Shown: positions 22,305 to 32,134, counted from the first letter of the stretch. The stretch is DNA of 64,000 nt from Synechococcus sp. (GCA_047285805.1 JBJBCN010000003.1:608001-672000); one strand, 5' to 3'. Made by a program: numbers and translations. The notes: a model not told the origin generated them from the letters alone.

Positions 22305-24128
22305 TCAGTCCTCTTCGTCCACCCAGGTGCTGGCCACATGCAGCTCCTGTAGCTGCTTCTCGGCAACGCCCCCAGGCGCGTTGGTCATCAGGCAGCGTGC
22401 CTGTTGGGTCTTGGGGAAGGCGATGGTGTCGCGGATGGACTCTTCGCCCGCCAGCAGCATCACCATCCGGTCCAGGCCGAAGGCCAAGCCGCCATGCGGC
22501 GGGGCGCCCATGTCGAGGGCTTCCATCAGGAAGCCGAACTGGGCATTGGCTTCTTCCAGGGGCAGGCCCACGGTTTCCAGCACCTGGCGCTGCAGCGCCG
22601 AGTCATGGATGCGTAGGGAGCCGCCGCCGAGCTCTAGTCCGTTGAGCACCAGGTCGTAGGCCTGGGCGCGGGCCCCGGGCAGGGTCTGGGCCCACTGGCT
22701 GGCATCGCTGCCCAGGTCGTCCGTATTTGGGGCGCAGAAGGGGTGGTGCAGTGCCTCGTAGCGGTTCTCGTCGGCGTTGAACTCGAACATCGGGAAATCC
22801 ACCACCCACAGGAATTTCCAGCTGTCGTTCTCGTTGTCGGTCTTGACCATGCCCAGTTCCCGGGCCAGGTACTGGCGCACGCGGTCCAGGGCTTTGTTCA
22901 CTGTGGCGGTGTCGCCCGCACCAAACAGGATCAAGGTGCCGGGCTCGGCGCCGGTGCGCTGGAGCAGTTCGGCCTTCTTCTCGTCGCTGAGGTTGTCCTT
23001 GATGGCGCCGATCGTGTCGATCTCGCCGCCTTCGCGGACGCGGATGAAGGCCAGCCCACCTGCCCCTGCTTTTTGCGCTTCGCTGAAGACGTCCCCGCCG
23101 GGCTTGATGCGCACGTTGGAGACGGCGTCATTGCCTCCAGGGACGGCGATGCACTTGACCGAGCCGCCTGAGGCCACGGCGCCGCTGAAGACCTTGAAGC
23201 CCATGTCGGCCACGAGGTCGCTCACGTTCACCAGCTCCATGCCGTAGCGGGTGTCGGGGCGATCGGTGCCGTAGCGCTCCATGGCGTCGTGCCAGGTCAG
23301 CCGCGGGAAGGGGCGGGGCAGATCAATGCCTTTGACGCTCTTCCAGATCGCAGCGATCAAGGATTCATTGAGCTCCAGGATCTGCTCTTGATCCATGAAG
23401 CTCATCTCCATGTCCAGCTGGGTGAATTCCGGCTGGCGATCGGCCCGCAGGTCCTCATCGCGGAAGCAGCGCGCCACTTGGTAATAGCGCTCGATGCCGC
23501 CCACCATCAGCAATTGCTTGAACAGCTGAGGGGATTGGGGCAGGGCAAACCACTCGCCGCCGCAGACCCGGCTGGGGAGGATGTAGTCGCGTGCCCCCTC
23601 GGGGGTGGAGCGGGTCAGGATCGGGGTCTCCACCTCAATGAAGCCCTGCTCTTCGAGGAAGCGGCGCGCCGCCTGGATGGTCTGGGCTCGCAACCTCAGG
23701 TTGCTGTTCATGCGCTCGCGGCGCAGGTCCAGATAGCGGTGGCGCAACCGAAGCTCTTCGCGGCTGTTCTCCTCGTCGTGCACCGACACCGCGAAGGGCA
23801 GGTTGCCCTTGACGCTGTTCAGGACGGTGATGGCGCTTGCCAGTATCTCGATTTGGCCGGTGGGGAGCTTGTCATTGATGGCATCGGCGGGGCGCTCGCG
23901 CACCTTCCCTTCCACCTGGATGACGGTCTCGTTGCGCAGGTGTTCCGCCACGGCGAACATCTCGGCGCCGTTGTCGGGGTCGACGGTGATCTGAACGGTG
24001 CCGCTGCGGTCGCGCAGGTCGATGAAGATCACACCGCCGTGGTCACGGCTGCGGTCCACCCAGCCGCACAGCTGCACAGCCTGAGCGGTGGCGCTCTGAC
24101 GCAGGTCGCCGCATCCGTGGCTGCGCAT
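22305..24128 (-). CDS. aspS: Aspartyl-tRNA synthetase
   Basis: [45 protein letters not shown]. Confidence 0.99.
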   Translation of the reverse strand: MRSHGCGDLRQSATAQAVQLCGWVDRSRDHGGVIFIDLRDRSGTVQITVDPDNGAEMFAVAEHLRNETVIQVEGKVRERPADAINDKLPTGQIEILASAITVLNSVKGNLPFAVSVHDEENSREELRLRHRYLDLRRERMNSNLRLRAQTIQAARRFLEEQGFIEVETPILTRSTPEGARDYILPSRVCGGEWFALPQSPQLFKQLLMVGGIERYYQVARCFRDEDLRADRQPEFTQLDMEMSFMDQEQILELNESLIAAIWKSVKGIDLPRPFPRLTWHDAMERYGTDRPDTRYGMELVNVSDLVADMGFKVFSGAVASGGSVKCIAVPGGNDAVSNVRIKPGGDVFSEAQKAGAGGLAFIRVREGGEIDTIGAIKDNLSDEKKAELLQRTGAEPGTLILFGAGDTATVNKALDRVRQYLARELGMVKTDNENDSWKFLWVVDFPMFEFNADENRYEALHHPFCAPNTDDLGSDASQWAQTLPGARAQAYDLVLNGLELGGGSLRIHDSALQRQVLETVGLPLEEANAQFGFLMEALDMGAPPHGGLAFGLDRMVMLLAGEESIRDTIAFPKTQQARCLMTNAPGGVAEKQLQELHVASTWVDEED

Positions 24129-24173
24129 GTGGAAACAAGTGGGTGATCGGCGATTGTCCCACTTGGGGTGGGC

Positions 24174-25286
24174 TTAGCGCCGGTAGAAGGGGCGCCTCAC
24201 CACCTCTGCGGCTTCGGCCTTGCCCCGAATCTCGACCGCTAGGGGGGTCCCGAGCTTGGCGGCGTCGGTTGTCACGCTTGCCAGGGCAATCCCGGCTTGC
24301 AGGCTGGGGGACCAGGTGCCGCTGGTGACGGTCCCAACCACCTCTCCGTCCTTTAGGACCGGGTAGCCATGGCGGGGGATGGCTCGGCCCTGGAGCTTCA
24401 GTCCGACTAGGCGTCGCTTGAGTCCGTCTGCGGTTTGTTGCTCGAGGACTGGGCGGCCGATGAAGTCCTTGGGCATCTCCAGATGTACCAACCAGCCCAG
24501 GCTTGCCTCCAAGGGGGAGGTGCTGGCATCCATGTCACTGCCATAGAGATGCATTCCGGCTTCCAGGCGCAGGGTGTCGCGGGCGCCGAGACCACAGGGT
24601 TTCACGCCCCGCTCGAGGCAGGTCCGCCAGAAGCGTTGCCCGGCATCCGCGGAGAGCAGGAGCTCAAAGCCGTCCTCTCCGGTGTAACCAGTGCGGCCCA
24701 CAAAAGCCTCGCCGATGCCAGGCAGCGTCAGCTCGCGGTGGCCAAAGCGCGGGAGTCCGGCGAGGGAGCAGCCGGCTAGTGCCTCCAGGTGTTGCGTGGC
24801 GTCCGGTCCCTGGAGGGCCAGGAGCGTGCCGGATTCCTTCAGGTCGATCAGTTCCATGCCTGCCGGCTCCAGTTGGCTGCGCATCCAGGCCGTATCGCTC
24901 TCGGCGCAGGCGGCATTGATCACCAGCACGAGCTCATGGACCCGCTCGCTCTCTAGCCAGCCCCGGTCGTAAATGATCAGGTCGTCCCGGATGCCCCCCT
25001 CGTCATTGAGCAGGACGGAATAGCAGGCTTCGCCGGGACCGATCCGAAAGAGATCGCTGGGCACGAGGCCCTGCATGGCGTCCTTGACGTTCGCCCCCCG
25101 CAGCCGCAGGACACCCATATGGGAGATGTCAAAGAGGCCGCAGTGGCTGCGCACGGCCTGGTGCTCGTCGATTAAGCCGCTGAATTGCACGGCCATTTCC
25201 CAGCCGGCGAAGGGCACCATCCGCCCGCCCGCCTCCCGCGCCGCATTGAAGAGGGGCGTGCGCTGGAGGGAAGGCGAAGCGGCCAT
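24174..25286 (-). CDS. gcvT: Glycine cleavage system T protein
   Basis: FDISHMG, RTGYTGEDGFE, GLGARDTLRLEAG. Confidence 0.98.
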   Translation of the reverse strand: MAASPSLQRTPLFNAAREAGGRMVPFAGWEMAVQFSGLIDEHQAVRSHCGLFDISHMGVLRLRGANVKDAMQGLVPSDLFRIGPGEACYSVLLNDEGGIRDDLIIYDRGWLESERVHELVLVINAACAESDTAWMRSQLEPAGMELIDLKESGTLLALQGPDATQHLEALAGCSLAGLPRFGHRELTLPGIGEAFVGRTGYTGEDGFELLLSADAGQRFWRTCLERGVKPCGLGARDTLRLEAGMHLYGSDMDASTSPLEASLGWLVHLEMPKDFIGRPVLEQQTADGLKRRLVGLKLQGRAIPRHGYPVLKDGEVVGTVTSGTWSPSLQAGIALASVTTDAAKLGTPLAVEIRGKAEAAEVVRRPFYRR

Positions 25287-25391
25287 GGCGGTCCATTGCT
25301 CATGCGGATCCTATGGATCTCTTTCAACAAGAGGAAGAGATCCCGGAGCTTTTCGCTGTTCTGTGGCCGGCTCAGGACGGCGTGATTACTT

Positions 25392-25649
25392 TTGGCAGCC
25401 CAAGCCCCTAGAGCGATAGGCCCGCGTCCGTGTTGCAGAAGTTGCCGCCACTGCGCCTCCCCGAAAGGGGTTGAGTTGGGGTGGTGCCGTCTGCGCAAGC
25501 TGCCGATTCATCCGGAGCTGGCTGGGGAGTTGTGGTGCCACCACTGGACGGCTCGGCCGCCACGTCTTCCCGTGGTGGGTCAGGACGACGGTCTGCAACC
25601 GCCCACGCGCGATCGTCAGTTGGCACTGACGGACGTTCTCGAAAACTGA
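25392..25649 (+). CDS. Small Cys/His-rich hypothetical protein
   Basis: CCRSCRHC...GWCRLR...LWCHHW; TTG start; divergent from gcvT. Confidence 0.7.
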   Translation: MAAQAPRAIGPRPCCRSCRHCASPKGVELGWCRLRKLPIHPELAGELWCHHWTARPPRLPVVGQDDGLQPPTRDRQLALTDVLEN

Positions 25650-25765
25650 AGCAAAACCGAAGATCCCCTTTTCTTTTGCTTTTGTTGTTTGGATGTCCTG
25701 GTTGGTCTGCTTGAAAGTGTCAAGCTGACGCGAACAGGTTTTGGCGTTGTGGAGGTTTGAGGTCC

Positions 25766-26161
25766 ATGGTCACTTCCACCGTCGGTACTCCGATTGAGCT
25801 GATGTCCGCTCAGGTGGACTGCGAGACCCTCTCGTGCCCCACGGGGGCCGCGATCTTCAGCAGCGGCCAGAGCGCCAACGCCATCTACGGCGTGCGACGG
25901 GGCATCGTCGAAGTGATCGATGGCAGCGGTGCCAAGCTCTGCTGCCGCCCCGGCGAGCTCTTCAGCTACGAGGACATCGTCTGGAAGGACGGGGTCTATC
26001 GCAATGACGCCGTTGCTCGGACCCCTGTTGAGTTCGTGAAACTTGACCGCCTGCGCTTCCTGAACCTGCTGCACAACCACCCCACCCTGGCGGTGCAGTT
26101 GATTGCCCAGCAGCACGAGCGTTTAAGGGAGCAGCGCGCAAGCGGCACCTGCGCTTACTGA
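25766..26161 (+). CDS. Stand-alone cyclic-nucleotide-binding (Crp-type) domain protein
   Basis: IF..G..A..IY.V..G.VE, PGELF, R...AVA pattern; no C-terminal HTH. Confidence 0.85.
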   Translation: MVTSTVGTPIELMSAQVDCETLSCPTGAAIFSSGQSANAIYGVRRGIVEVIDGSGAKLCCRPGELFSYEDIVWKDGVYRNDAVARTPVEFVKLDRLRFLNLLHNHPTLAVQLIAQQHERLREQRASGTCAY

Positions 26162-26163
26162 AT

Positions 26164-27018
26164 TCAGCGATCCAGCAGGAACAGCAGGCTGCGAACCACC
26201 TTGGCGGCCAGAACGCTGCTTACCCCAGTCGGATCCAGCATAGGCGCCAGCTCCACCACGTCCGCCGCCACCAGGTTGAGGTGACTCAGTTCATCGACCA
26301 GGGCCGCAAAGTCGCTCCAGAGGAAGCCACCCGGTTCAGGCGTGCCCGTGCCGGCCATCACGGCCGGGTCAAACCAGTCCAGATCCACCGTGAGATAGAG
26401 CGGCTTGCCGCGCAGGGTCTTCAGCGCTTCGGCCATTCGCTCGATCGCTACCAGTCGACCGGTCTGCCGCAGTTCTGAAAACTCCTCGCGGGTGCCGCTG
26501 CGGATGGCGATCTGCAGAAGCTGCTGGCTGGGGAGGACCTCCAGGCAGCGGCGCATGGCGCAGGCATGGCTGTGGTTGGCCCCCAGCCATTCGTGGCGCA
26601 GGTCCGCGTGGGCATCGAGTTGCACGAGCACCAGGTCAGGGTGCTGTTCGGCCACGGCGGCGACCGCGCCAGAGCTGATCGAGTGTTCTCCCCCCAGCAT
26701 CATCGGTTTCAGACCCAGCCCCAGGACCGTTTTGGTGGCCTCCTTCACGGCGGCGACAACCGGCTCGGGGGCGCCAAAGGGGATGTCCACGGCGCCGAGG
26801 TCGGCGATTGCTAACTCCTCGAGATCCCGGTCGAGCTGGGGGCAGTAGCTCTCCAGGCCGGGGCTGACCTCGCGGATGGCGGCTGGCCCAAAGCGGGTCC
26901 CCGGCCTGAAGGAGGTGGTGCCGTCGTAGGGCACCCCAAACAGGCCGACCCGGCAGCCGGTGGGATCCCGCTGGCTGCCCATGTAAATGGCGCCGTCGCT
27001 GTCAAAGAGGTCGTTCAT
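26164..27018 (-). CDS. speB: Agmatinase
   Basis: [26 protein letters not shown]. Confidence 0.95.
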   Translation of the reverse strand: MNDLFDSDGAIYMGSQRDPTGCRVGLFGVPYDGTTSFRPGTRFGPAAIREVSPGLESYCPQLDRDLEELAIADLGAVDIPFGAPEPVVAAVKEATKTVLGLGLKPMMLGGEHSISSGAVAAVAEQHPDLVLVQLDAHADLRHEWLGANHSHACAMRRCLEVLPSQQLLQIAIRSGTREEFSELRQTGRLVAIERMAEALKTLRGKPLYLTVDLDWFDPAVMAGTGTPEPGGFLWSDFAALVDELSHLNLVAADVVELAPMLDPTGVSSVLAAKVVRSLLFLLDR

Positions 27019-27884
27019 GCGTTGATCGCGCGTTCGATGTCGGCGGGGATGGCGTCAAAGGCGCCGCGCTGCCAGCGGGGACTCCAGATCTCACAGCCAT
27101 CGACGACGGCCGCGGCACGGGAGGGATCCGGCTCCAGATACCGACGGCCGTCGAGAGCGGCGAAGGTCCAACTCCACCAACCACTCGGGTACATCGGCAC
27201 CCAGCCGTACATCGGATCGGCATGGCCAAAAACCTCGCGGATCACCTTCACGGTGTCGATGTGCACCTGGCGGAAGGCCTCCGGCGATTCGCTTTGGGTT
27301 GCGAAGACGCCGCCGGGCTTGAGGATGCGGCTGCACTGCTCAAAGAAGTCGCGGTTGAACAGGCCTTCGGCGGGTCCCGCCGGATCGGAGCCATCGACGA
27401 TGACGACGTCGTAGCTGGCGTCCGCGGCGTTGGCGGTCCAAGCTATTCCGTCGCCAACGGTCATGTGGAAGCGGGGATCACTCCAGCAGCCTCCGCCGAT
27501 GGAGGGGAGGTGCTCCTGGCTCCACTCCACCACCAGCCCGTCGATTTCCACCATGTCCAGGTGCTGAACCCAGGGATAGCGCAGGCACTCACGGGCGGTG
27601 CCGCCATCGCCACCGCCAATCACCAGCACCCGCTCCACCGCGGCGGCGCTGCAGAGGGCGGGGTGCACGATCGACTCGTGGTAGTGCCGCTCCTGGCGCT
27701 CGGCGGTCATCCAGCAGCCATCTAGCAGCAGACCTTTGCCGTAGCGCTCACTCTCGATGATCGTGACCCGCTGGAACGGGGACTGCTCCTCGGCAATCAC
27801 CCGCCCGGCGAGGCCATAGCGGACACCATCAAAGACTTCGTCGACCCAACCGGGTGTTGGAGCGGGAGTGGCACTGTCGGCCAT
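27015..27884 (-). CDS. speE: Spermidine synthase / polyamine aminopropyltransferase
   Basis: [30 protein letters not shown]. Confidence 0.95.
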   Translation of the reverse strand: MADSATPAPTPGWVDEVFDGVRYGLAGRVIAEEQSPFQRVTIIESERYGKGLLLDGCWMTAERQERHYHESIVHPALCSAAAVERVLVIGGGDGGTARECLRYPWVQHLDMVEIDGLVVEWSQEHLPSIGGGCWSDPRFHMTVGDGIAWTANAADASYDVVIVDGSDPAGPAEGLFNRDFFEQCSRILKPGGVFATQSESPEAFRQVHIDTVKVIREVFGHADPMYGWVPMYPSGWWSWTFAALDGRRYLEPDPSRAAAVVDGCEIWSPRWQRGAFDAIPADIERAINA

Positions 27885-27975
27885 CGCGAAGGCGCGGGGA
27901 GATCTCTCCAGATTTGCGCACCGCCGCCCCCCGCTTGAACGACGCCTCGCCCTCTAGGGCCCTGCTGATTCCCGT

Positions 27976-28785
27976 TCAGACCGGACCCTGCTGCTCCCTG
28001 CGGATCTGAGCCTTGGCCTGCTGCCAAAGGGTCTCCAGTTCGCGAATGCTGCGTCCTTCAAGGTCGCCGCCCAGGGCGGCCTCGACCCGGGAGAAGCGAT
28101 CGAGGAAGCGGTGGTTGGTTCCGGCTAGGCCGGACTCCGGGTCGAGGCCGCACCAGCGGGCCACGTTCACCAGGGTGAAGAGAACATCGCCGAGTTCCTC
28201 TTGGGCATGGGCCTTGTCCCCTGAGGCCACGGCTTCTTTGAGTTCATCGAGCTCCTCGTGGACCTTCTCCCAGACCCCCTCAATGGCGTCCCATTCGAAG
28301 CCGGCCTTGGCGGCTTTCTTGGAGATCGTCATCGCCCCGGCGAGGGCGGGTTGACCCCGTACCTTGCCCGCCAGGCGGTCGCTGAGGGGGCTGGCTGATG
28401 GCGGGGCTTCTGCTTTTTCGCTGGCCTTGATCGCCTCCCAGGTTTCCTTGACCGCTGCGCTGTCCTGGGCGACGGCATCGCCAAAGATGTGGGGGTGGCG
28501 CCGGATCAATTTCTCGCTGATCCCCTGGGCGATGGCCTCGAGGTCGAAGCGCTGCTCCTCCTGGGCGATCTGGGCATGGAGCACCACCTGCAACAGGAGG
28601 TCGCCGAGCTCTTCTTTGAGGTGAGCGTCATCCCCGTAGCGAATGGCGTCGGCCACCTCGTGGGCCTCCTCGAGCACGTAGGGGACGAGGGACTGGTGGG
28701 TTTGCTCCAGGTCCCAGGGGCAGCCCCCATCGGGATCCCGCAGCTTGGCCACCACCGCGATCAGCTCTTGAAGGGCATCGCGCAT
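27976..28785 (-). CDS. mazG: Nucleoside triphosphate pyrophosphohydrolase
   Basis: GGCPWD, EELGDLLLQ, KLIRRHPH, EELGDVLF. Confidence 0.97.
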   Translation of the reverse strand: MRDALQELIAVVAKLRDPDGGCPWDLEQTHQSLVPYVLEEAHEVADAIRYGDDAHLKEELGDLLLQVVLHAQIAQEEQRFDLEAIAQGISEKLIRRHPHIFGDAVAQDSAAVKETWEAIKASEKAEAPPSASPLSDRLAGKVRGQPALAGAMTISKKAAKAGFEWDAIEGVWEKVHEELDELKEAVASGDKAHAQEELGDVLFTLVNVARWCGLDPESGLAGTNHRFLDRFSRVEAALGGDLEGRSIRELETLWQQAKAQIRREQQGPV

Positions 28786-28814
28786 AGGAAGGGGCCAGCT
28801 GCCCCCTCACGATC

Positions 28815-29500
28815 TCATTGACCGCGGGGCCTGCGGCTGAACCAGAGCCGGTTGAACAGCGCCTGAAGTAGTGGCGTGGGGGTCTCCATCTTGGCCAGCC
28901 GCAACTGCGTTGCCAGGCGATCGGGATCTAGCGAGAAGACCCCGGCATTGCGGGAGTCCATGACGCGCTCGATGGCTTCGGACTCCAGGCCTTGTGCTTG
29001 GAACCGGGCGCGGGCGATCGCCTGCCAGAGCTTCAGGTCCGCGTCCTTCTCTTCACTGAAGCTGCTGATTACCAGCACGCCGCCTGGGCCGACGTGGGCA
29101 CAAAGCTTCTGGAGGACTAGTTCTTGCTCAGCCGGTGGCAGGAGGTGCAGGACGTTCTGGCAGATCACCGCGTCAAAACGGCCCGCCAGCTCTTTGAGCG
29201 CGTTGGGCCCCCAGGCGATTTGGTGGCCCGCCTGGGTTTCTGCAATCACGGCGTTGCAAAATCCGCGCATCTGCTCGCTCGGTTCCACCAGCTCAGGGTT
29301 GCCCCAGGCATGGCCTTCAGCAGGCTTGGCAGTTCTTCCCCTGCCCCAGGGCCCACCACGAGAGCCGATGAGGCCGTTGGTACTAGGGCACTGAGGGCGG
29401 CCGCGGCGAGCTCAAGGTGGGCGTCATAGGCGGGAATAATCCGGCGAATGCTCTGGTCGTAGTGGCGGCCGTAGTCGCCATCGAAATCAAGGCGTGCCAT
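28815..29500 (-). pseudogene. Class I SAM-dependent methyltransferase with a frameshift near 29292
   Basis: YDQSIRRIIPAY and VVGPGAGEE in one frame; VEPSEQM...FDAV...LH...GPGG in the next; one added base rejoins them. Confidence 0.75.
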
Positions 29501-29523
29501 CACCCGGAGCCGTTGCCTTTGCT

Positions 29524-29997
29524 CTAGCGACGTCTCCCCATTCGTGGCATCGGGTCCCCGTCCTGCAAGAGGTGCAGCCAGGCGCTGGCTTCGATCCCGA
29601 TCAGGCCAACCAGTAGCAATCGTTCTGGCCGGCTCCACTGCTGCTGGAGCCATCTCAGCAGGTCCGTGCTGGCATGGGGGTGGGCAAGGCCCGTCAGCAG
29701 TAGGGCGAGGCCGGTGAGGTAGCCCACGCGCACCAGGGTGCCCAGCACCGGGGAGTGGGACAGAACCGAGCGATGGCGCAGGGCCTTCCGGTAGGGCCAC
29801 CACAACCAGCGCAGCGGCCCCCAGCGCTGGTACGGCCGGGAGTTGGTGTCGAGATCGGGGGAGAGCCAGAGGCCTCCGATCAGGAAGGCCAGGGCGCTCA
29901 CGAGTGTTCCGTTGGGGCCCAACCAGGGCCACCAGAGCAGCCCATAGGGCAGGGCCAGCCAGCAGGTGGCGCGGTCGTGTTGCTGTCCGCTTGCCAT
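29524..29997 (-). CDS. Putative metal-binding membrane protein (DUF2227-like)
   Basis: SG..HD, LSPDLD, HRS.LSH, WLHL..D. Confidence 0.85.
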   Translation of the reverse strand: MASGQQHDRATCWLALPYGLLWWPWLGPNGTLVSALAFLIGGLWLSPDLDTNSRPYQRWGPLRWLWWPYRKALRHRSVLSHSPVLGTLVRVGYLTGLALLLTGLAHPHASTDLLRWLQQQWSRPERLLLVGLIGIEASAWLHLLQDGDPMPRMGRRR

Positions 29998-30035
29998 TGC
30001 TGGGGGTGAGTGCTGCCCTGCAGAATGCCTTAGCC

Positions 30036-30107
<72 letters not shown>

Positions 30108-30192
30108 TAAGGCCAAACTCCTGTTTATTCATGGGTTTTCTTTTGTTCGCTTACTCCCCGAAAGAGTTGGCAATGCGATCACCTAGCGCAGG

Positions 30193-31104
30193 ATCCTCTT
30201 CCGCCGACCTAGTAGCTCCCCGCTACTGAGCGGTGGGTCGGGGAGCTGTTGCCTGTTTTCACAGACGTTGCCATAACCCCAGAGGACGAGACGTGAACTC
30301 CTCGATCCGTGTGGCGGCTGTGGGCACCCAGCCGCCTACCAACACCCTCCCGGCGCTTCTCTATCTGAAGCCGGAAGGGCTGTTGGGCGTCACCCCTCTT
30401 CCTCTTCCCAGCGCAAACGTCGGTGAGCAGTGCACAGCTCACACCTGCACGGCAATGAAATGTCGCCGCCGATCCAACAGGTATAAGGGGTGGTCGGCCA
30501 CAAGAGGGCTAAGTCCTCGTCGCTTGGACGGGCTATGAAGGTTGTTTCCACTCACGAAGCCTGCGCATAGATCAGTGATGGCTCCGGTTGCAGTTGAGCT
30601 GGCGTCTTAGGCGATACATCTCTGATGAAAGTGCCACCTAGAGCCAGGGGCCTAAGACCTCCTGGACTGGACTCAGAGACGAGCAGCGCTCAGTTTCATG
30701 CCAACCGCGACCACCTAGCTGGCCTGGAAGACGGGTCAGCAGGCGTGATTGATGTGTAAGCGCCGCTACCCGGAGATGTTCCAAGGAACTGGCGATGATC
30801 GAGAGCGCTGGGGATTGATGTGATCCCACTGACATAAACGAAATCGGCAACCGTTCGTCATTCCTTTACTGGAGAGTGTGCAACCCCGCCTTCGGCTTCT
30901 AGCTTTGCCTCAGTTCCACAAAGACTTGATTGAACTGACTGGCTACACGCTGGACCGCTGGGATCTACATGGCGTCCCCTGTAGCTGTCAGCAGTGCACG
31001 GACGACTACGAAGCACTGCGGGTGATGCACTTGATCAGGACAAGCGTTTTCTGAGCAAAGCCTCTTTGGGAGGCTGTGCCAGTTAATTGCGGTCGGTAAG
31101 AGAT
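30193..31104 (-). ncRNA. Candidate large, highly structured non-coding RNA (~910 nt), family unassigned
   Basis: About 15 nested stems found by eye, complementary termini, plus-strand A.C mismatches that read as G.U on the minus strand, a GAAA tetraloop, no convincing ORF. Confidence 0.6.
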
Positions 31105-31159
31105 AAGTAGTCATTAACGCACTCCATGCCTATACCTTTTGGAGCAATAGCCGACTCGC

Positions 31160-31411
31160 ATGCAGCTCAATGTTGAAAAGGGTCTGATCGGGGCAGCTGT
31201 CCTTGGGGCTCTTCTTCTTATGGTGCCAATAGCCAAGCAATCTAAAGAGTTCGTGAACTGCGTCAAGAACGCAGAGACTGGGATCATCAACCTGGCGGGC
31301 GTTGAGTTCACTGACGTGGATGGCAAAGGCGGCTTCATCGAGCGACCCGTGGCCGTTCACTACTGCAACGGTGGTGATTTAACCAAGTACCTGAAGCTGT
31401 TGGGTCACTGA
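31160..31411 (+). CDS. Small membrane-anchored hypothetical protein (AVHYCNGG motif)
   Basis: GGAG upstream, N-terminal hydrophobic helix, two Cys; coupled to the next gene via TGATG. Confidence 0.7.
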   Translation: MQLNVEKGLIGAAVLGALLLMVPIAKQSKEFVNCVKNAETGIINLAGVEFTDVDGKGGFIERPVAVHYCNGGDLTKYLKLLGH

Positions 31412-31572
31412 TGGAATGGATCGTCCGGCCCATTCGCGCCGTCTTTTTCGCTGACGAGCAAGCCTTTCTTTGGATCAAAAAGAAGCTTGGCTTCACAGAT
31501 TACCAAATGGCAGCTCTCGTCTGGGTGAAAGGCCTCATAATTGGCTTGCTTATCGGCTACTTCCTTTTCTGA
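31411..31572 (+). CDS. 53-aa small membrane protein (below the ORF-track cutoff)
   Basis: MEWIVRPIRAVFFADEQAFLWIKKKLGFTDYQMAALVWVKGLIIGLLIGYFLF; ATG overlaps the upstream TGA. Confidence 0.7.
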   Translation: MEWIVRPIRAVFFADEQAFLWIKKKLGFTDYQMAALVWVKGLIIGLLIGYFLF

Positions 31573-31577
31573 TCACG

Positions 31578-31823
31578 ATGAAGGTCTTGCTTGCGGCTGC
31601 ACTATTGCTGGCATCGGCCTCACCTGCACTTGGCCAGAAGGAGATCCCCAAGGCTGAAGGCCATGACCAGTGCCCACTGGGCTATGTCAACACGCTTGGA
31701 ACAACCTGCGTCTCACCCATCTATTACGAGGTGGCTCCAACCCACGGCAAGGCATGCCTTGAGGGCTGGATGAATATTGGCGCTGGCTACTGCAAGAAGA
31801 AGGGGCCTCTCGGAATCCTCTGA
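31578..31823 (+). CDS. Small secreted four-Cys protein
   Basis: Signal peptide MKVLLAAALLLASASPALG; CPLGY...C...C..GW...GAGYC. Confidence 0.75.
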   Translation: MKVLLAAALLLASASPALGQKEIPKAEGHDQCPLGYVNTLGTTCVSPIYYEVAPTHGKACLEGWMNIGAGYCKKKGPLGIL

Positions 31824-31853
31824 TCAACGACTATGTGAGGCACTACAGCTCCT

Positions 31854-31877
31854 GATTACCTCAAGGGTGGTCTTTTT
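31854..31877 (+). terminator. Intrinsic terminator of the islet small-gene operon
   Basis: GATTACC/GGTGGTC stem then TTTTT. Confidence 0.55.
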
Positions 31878-32134
31878 GTAGGTGTTGTTGTCTTAGAGGG
31901 TGTAGCCCTTGCTTTCAATACAACGGTTGTAGGCCTTGTCCCCGTACGTCTCTTCGGCCTTGGCTTGAGCAGGCAGCATCGCCAAAGCGTTGGCAGCAGC
32001 TGCGAGCAGAATTCGTCTACTGGTGAGTGGGGTAGGTGGCGTGATCAGCGCTGAATGCAGACGAAGTCCTATCCGTTGAGCGTGCGTTTGTATTGCGTCA
32101 CCCCTTATTTCGTAAGGGCTTCCGGTGTGCCTGG

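Noticed and set aside
25287..25750. Glycine riboswitch or structured RNA upstream of gcvT (hairpins such as CCCC-GAAA-GGGG and CGTCAGT/ACTGACG)
   Set aside because: No GGAGAG...CCGAAG...CUCUCAGG glycine aptamer core was seen, and most of the region is explained by the Cys-rich CDS at 25392-25649.
30209..30850. ORF-track entries 30209-30442, 30233-30538 and 30638-30850
   Set aside because: Non-ATG starts, no RBS, random-looking composition; they overlap the densely paired region.
30905..31054. Short + strand frame ...LHGVPCSCQQC...
   Set aside because: TTG start only, under 60 aa, and it lies within the helical region. It cannot be supported, though it is not strictly excluded.
30193..31104. 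Group I/II intron or retron interpretation of the structured region
   Set aside because: No group II domain V or GUGYG boundary, no ordered group I P/Q/R/S elements, no interrupted host gene, and no reverse transcriptase nearby.
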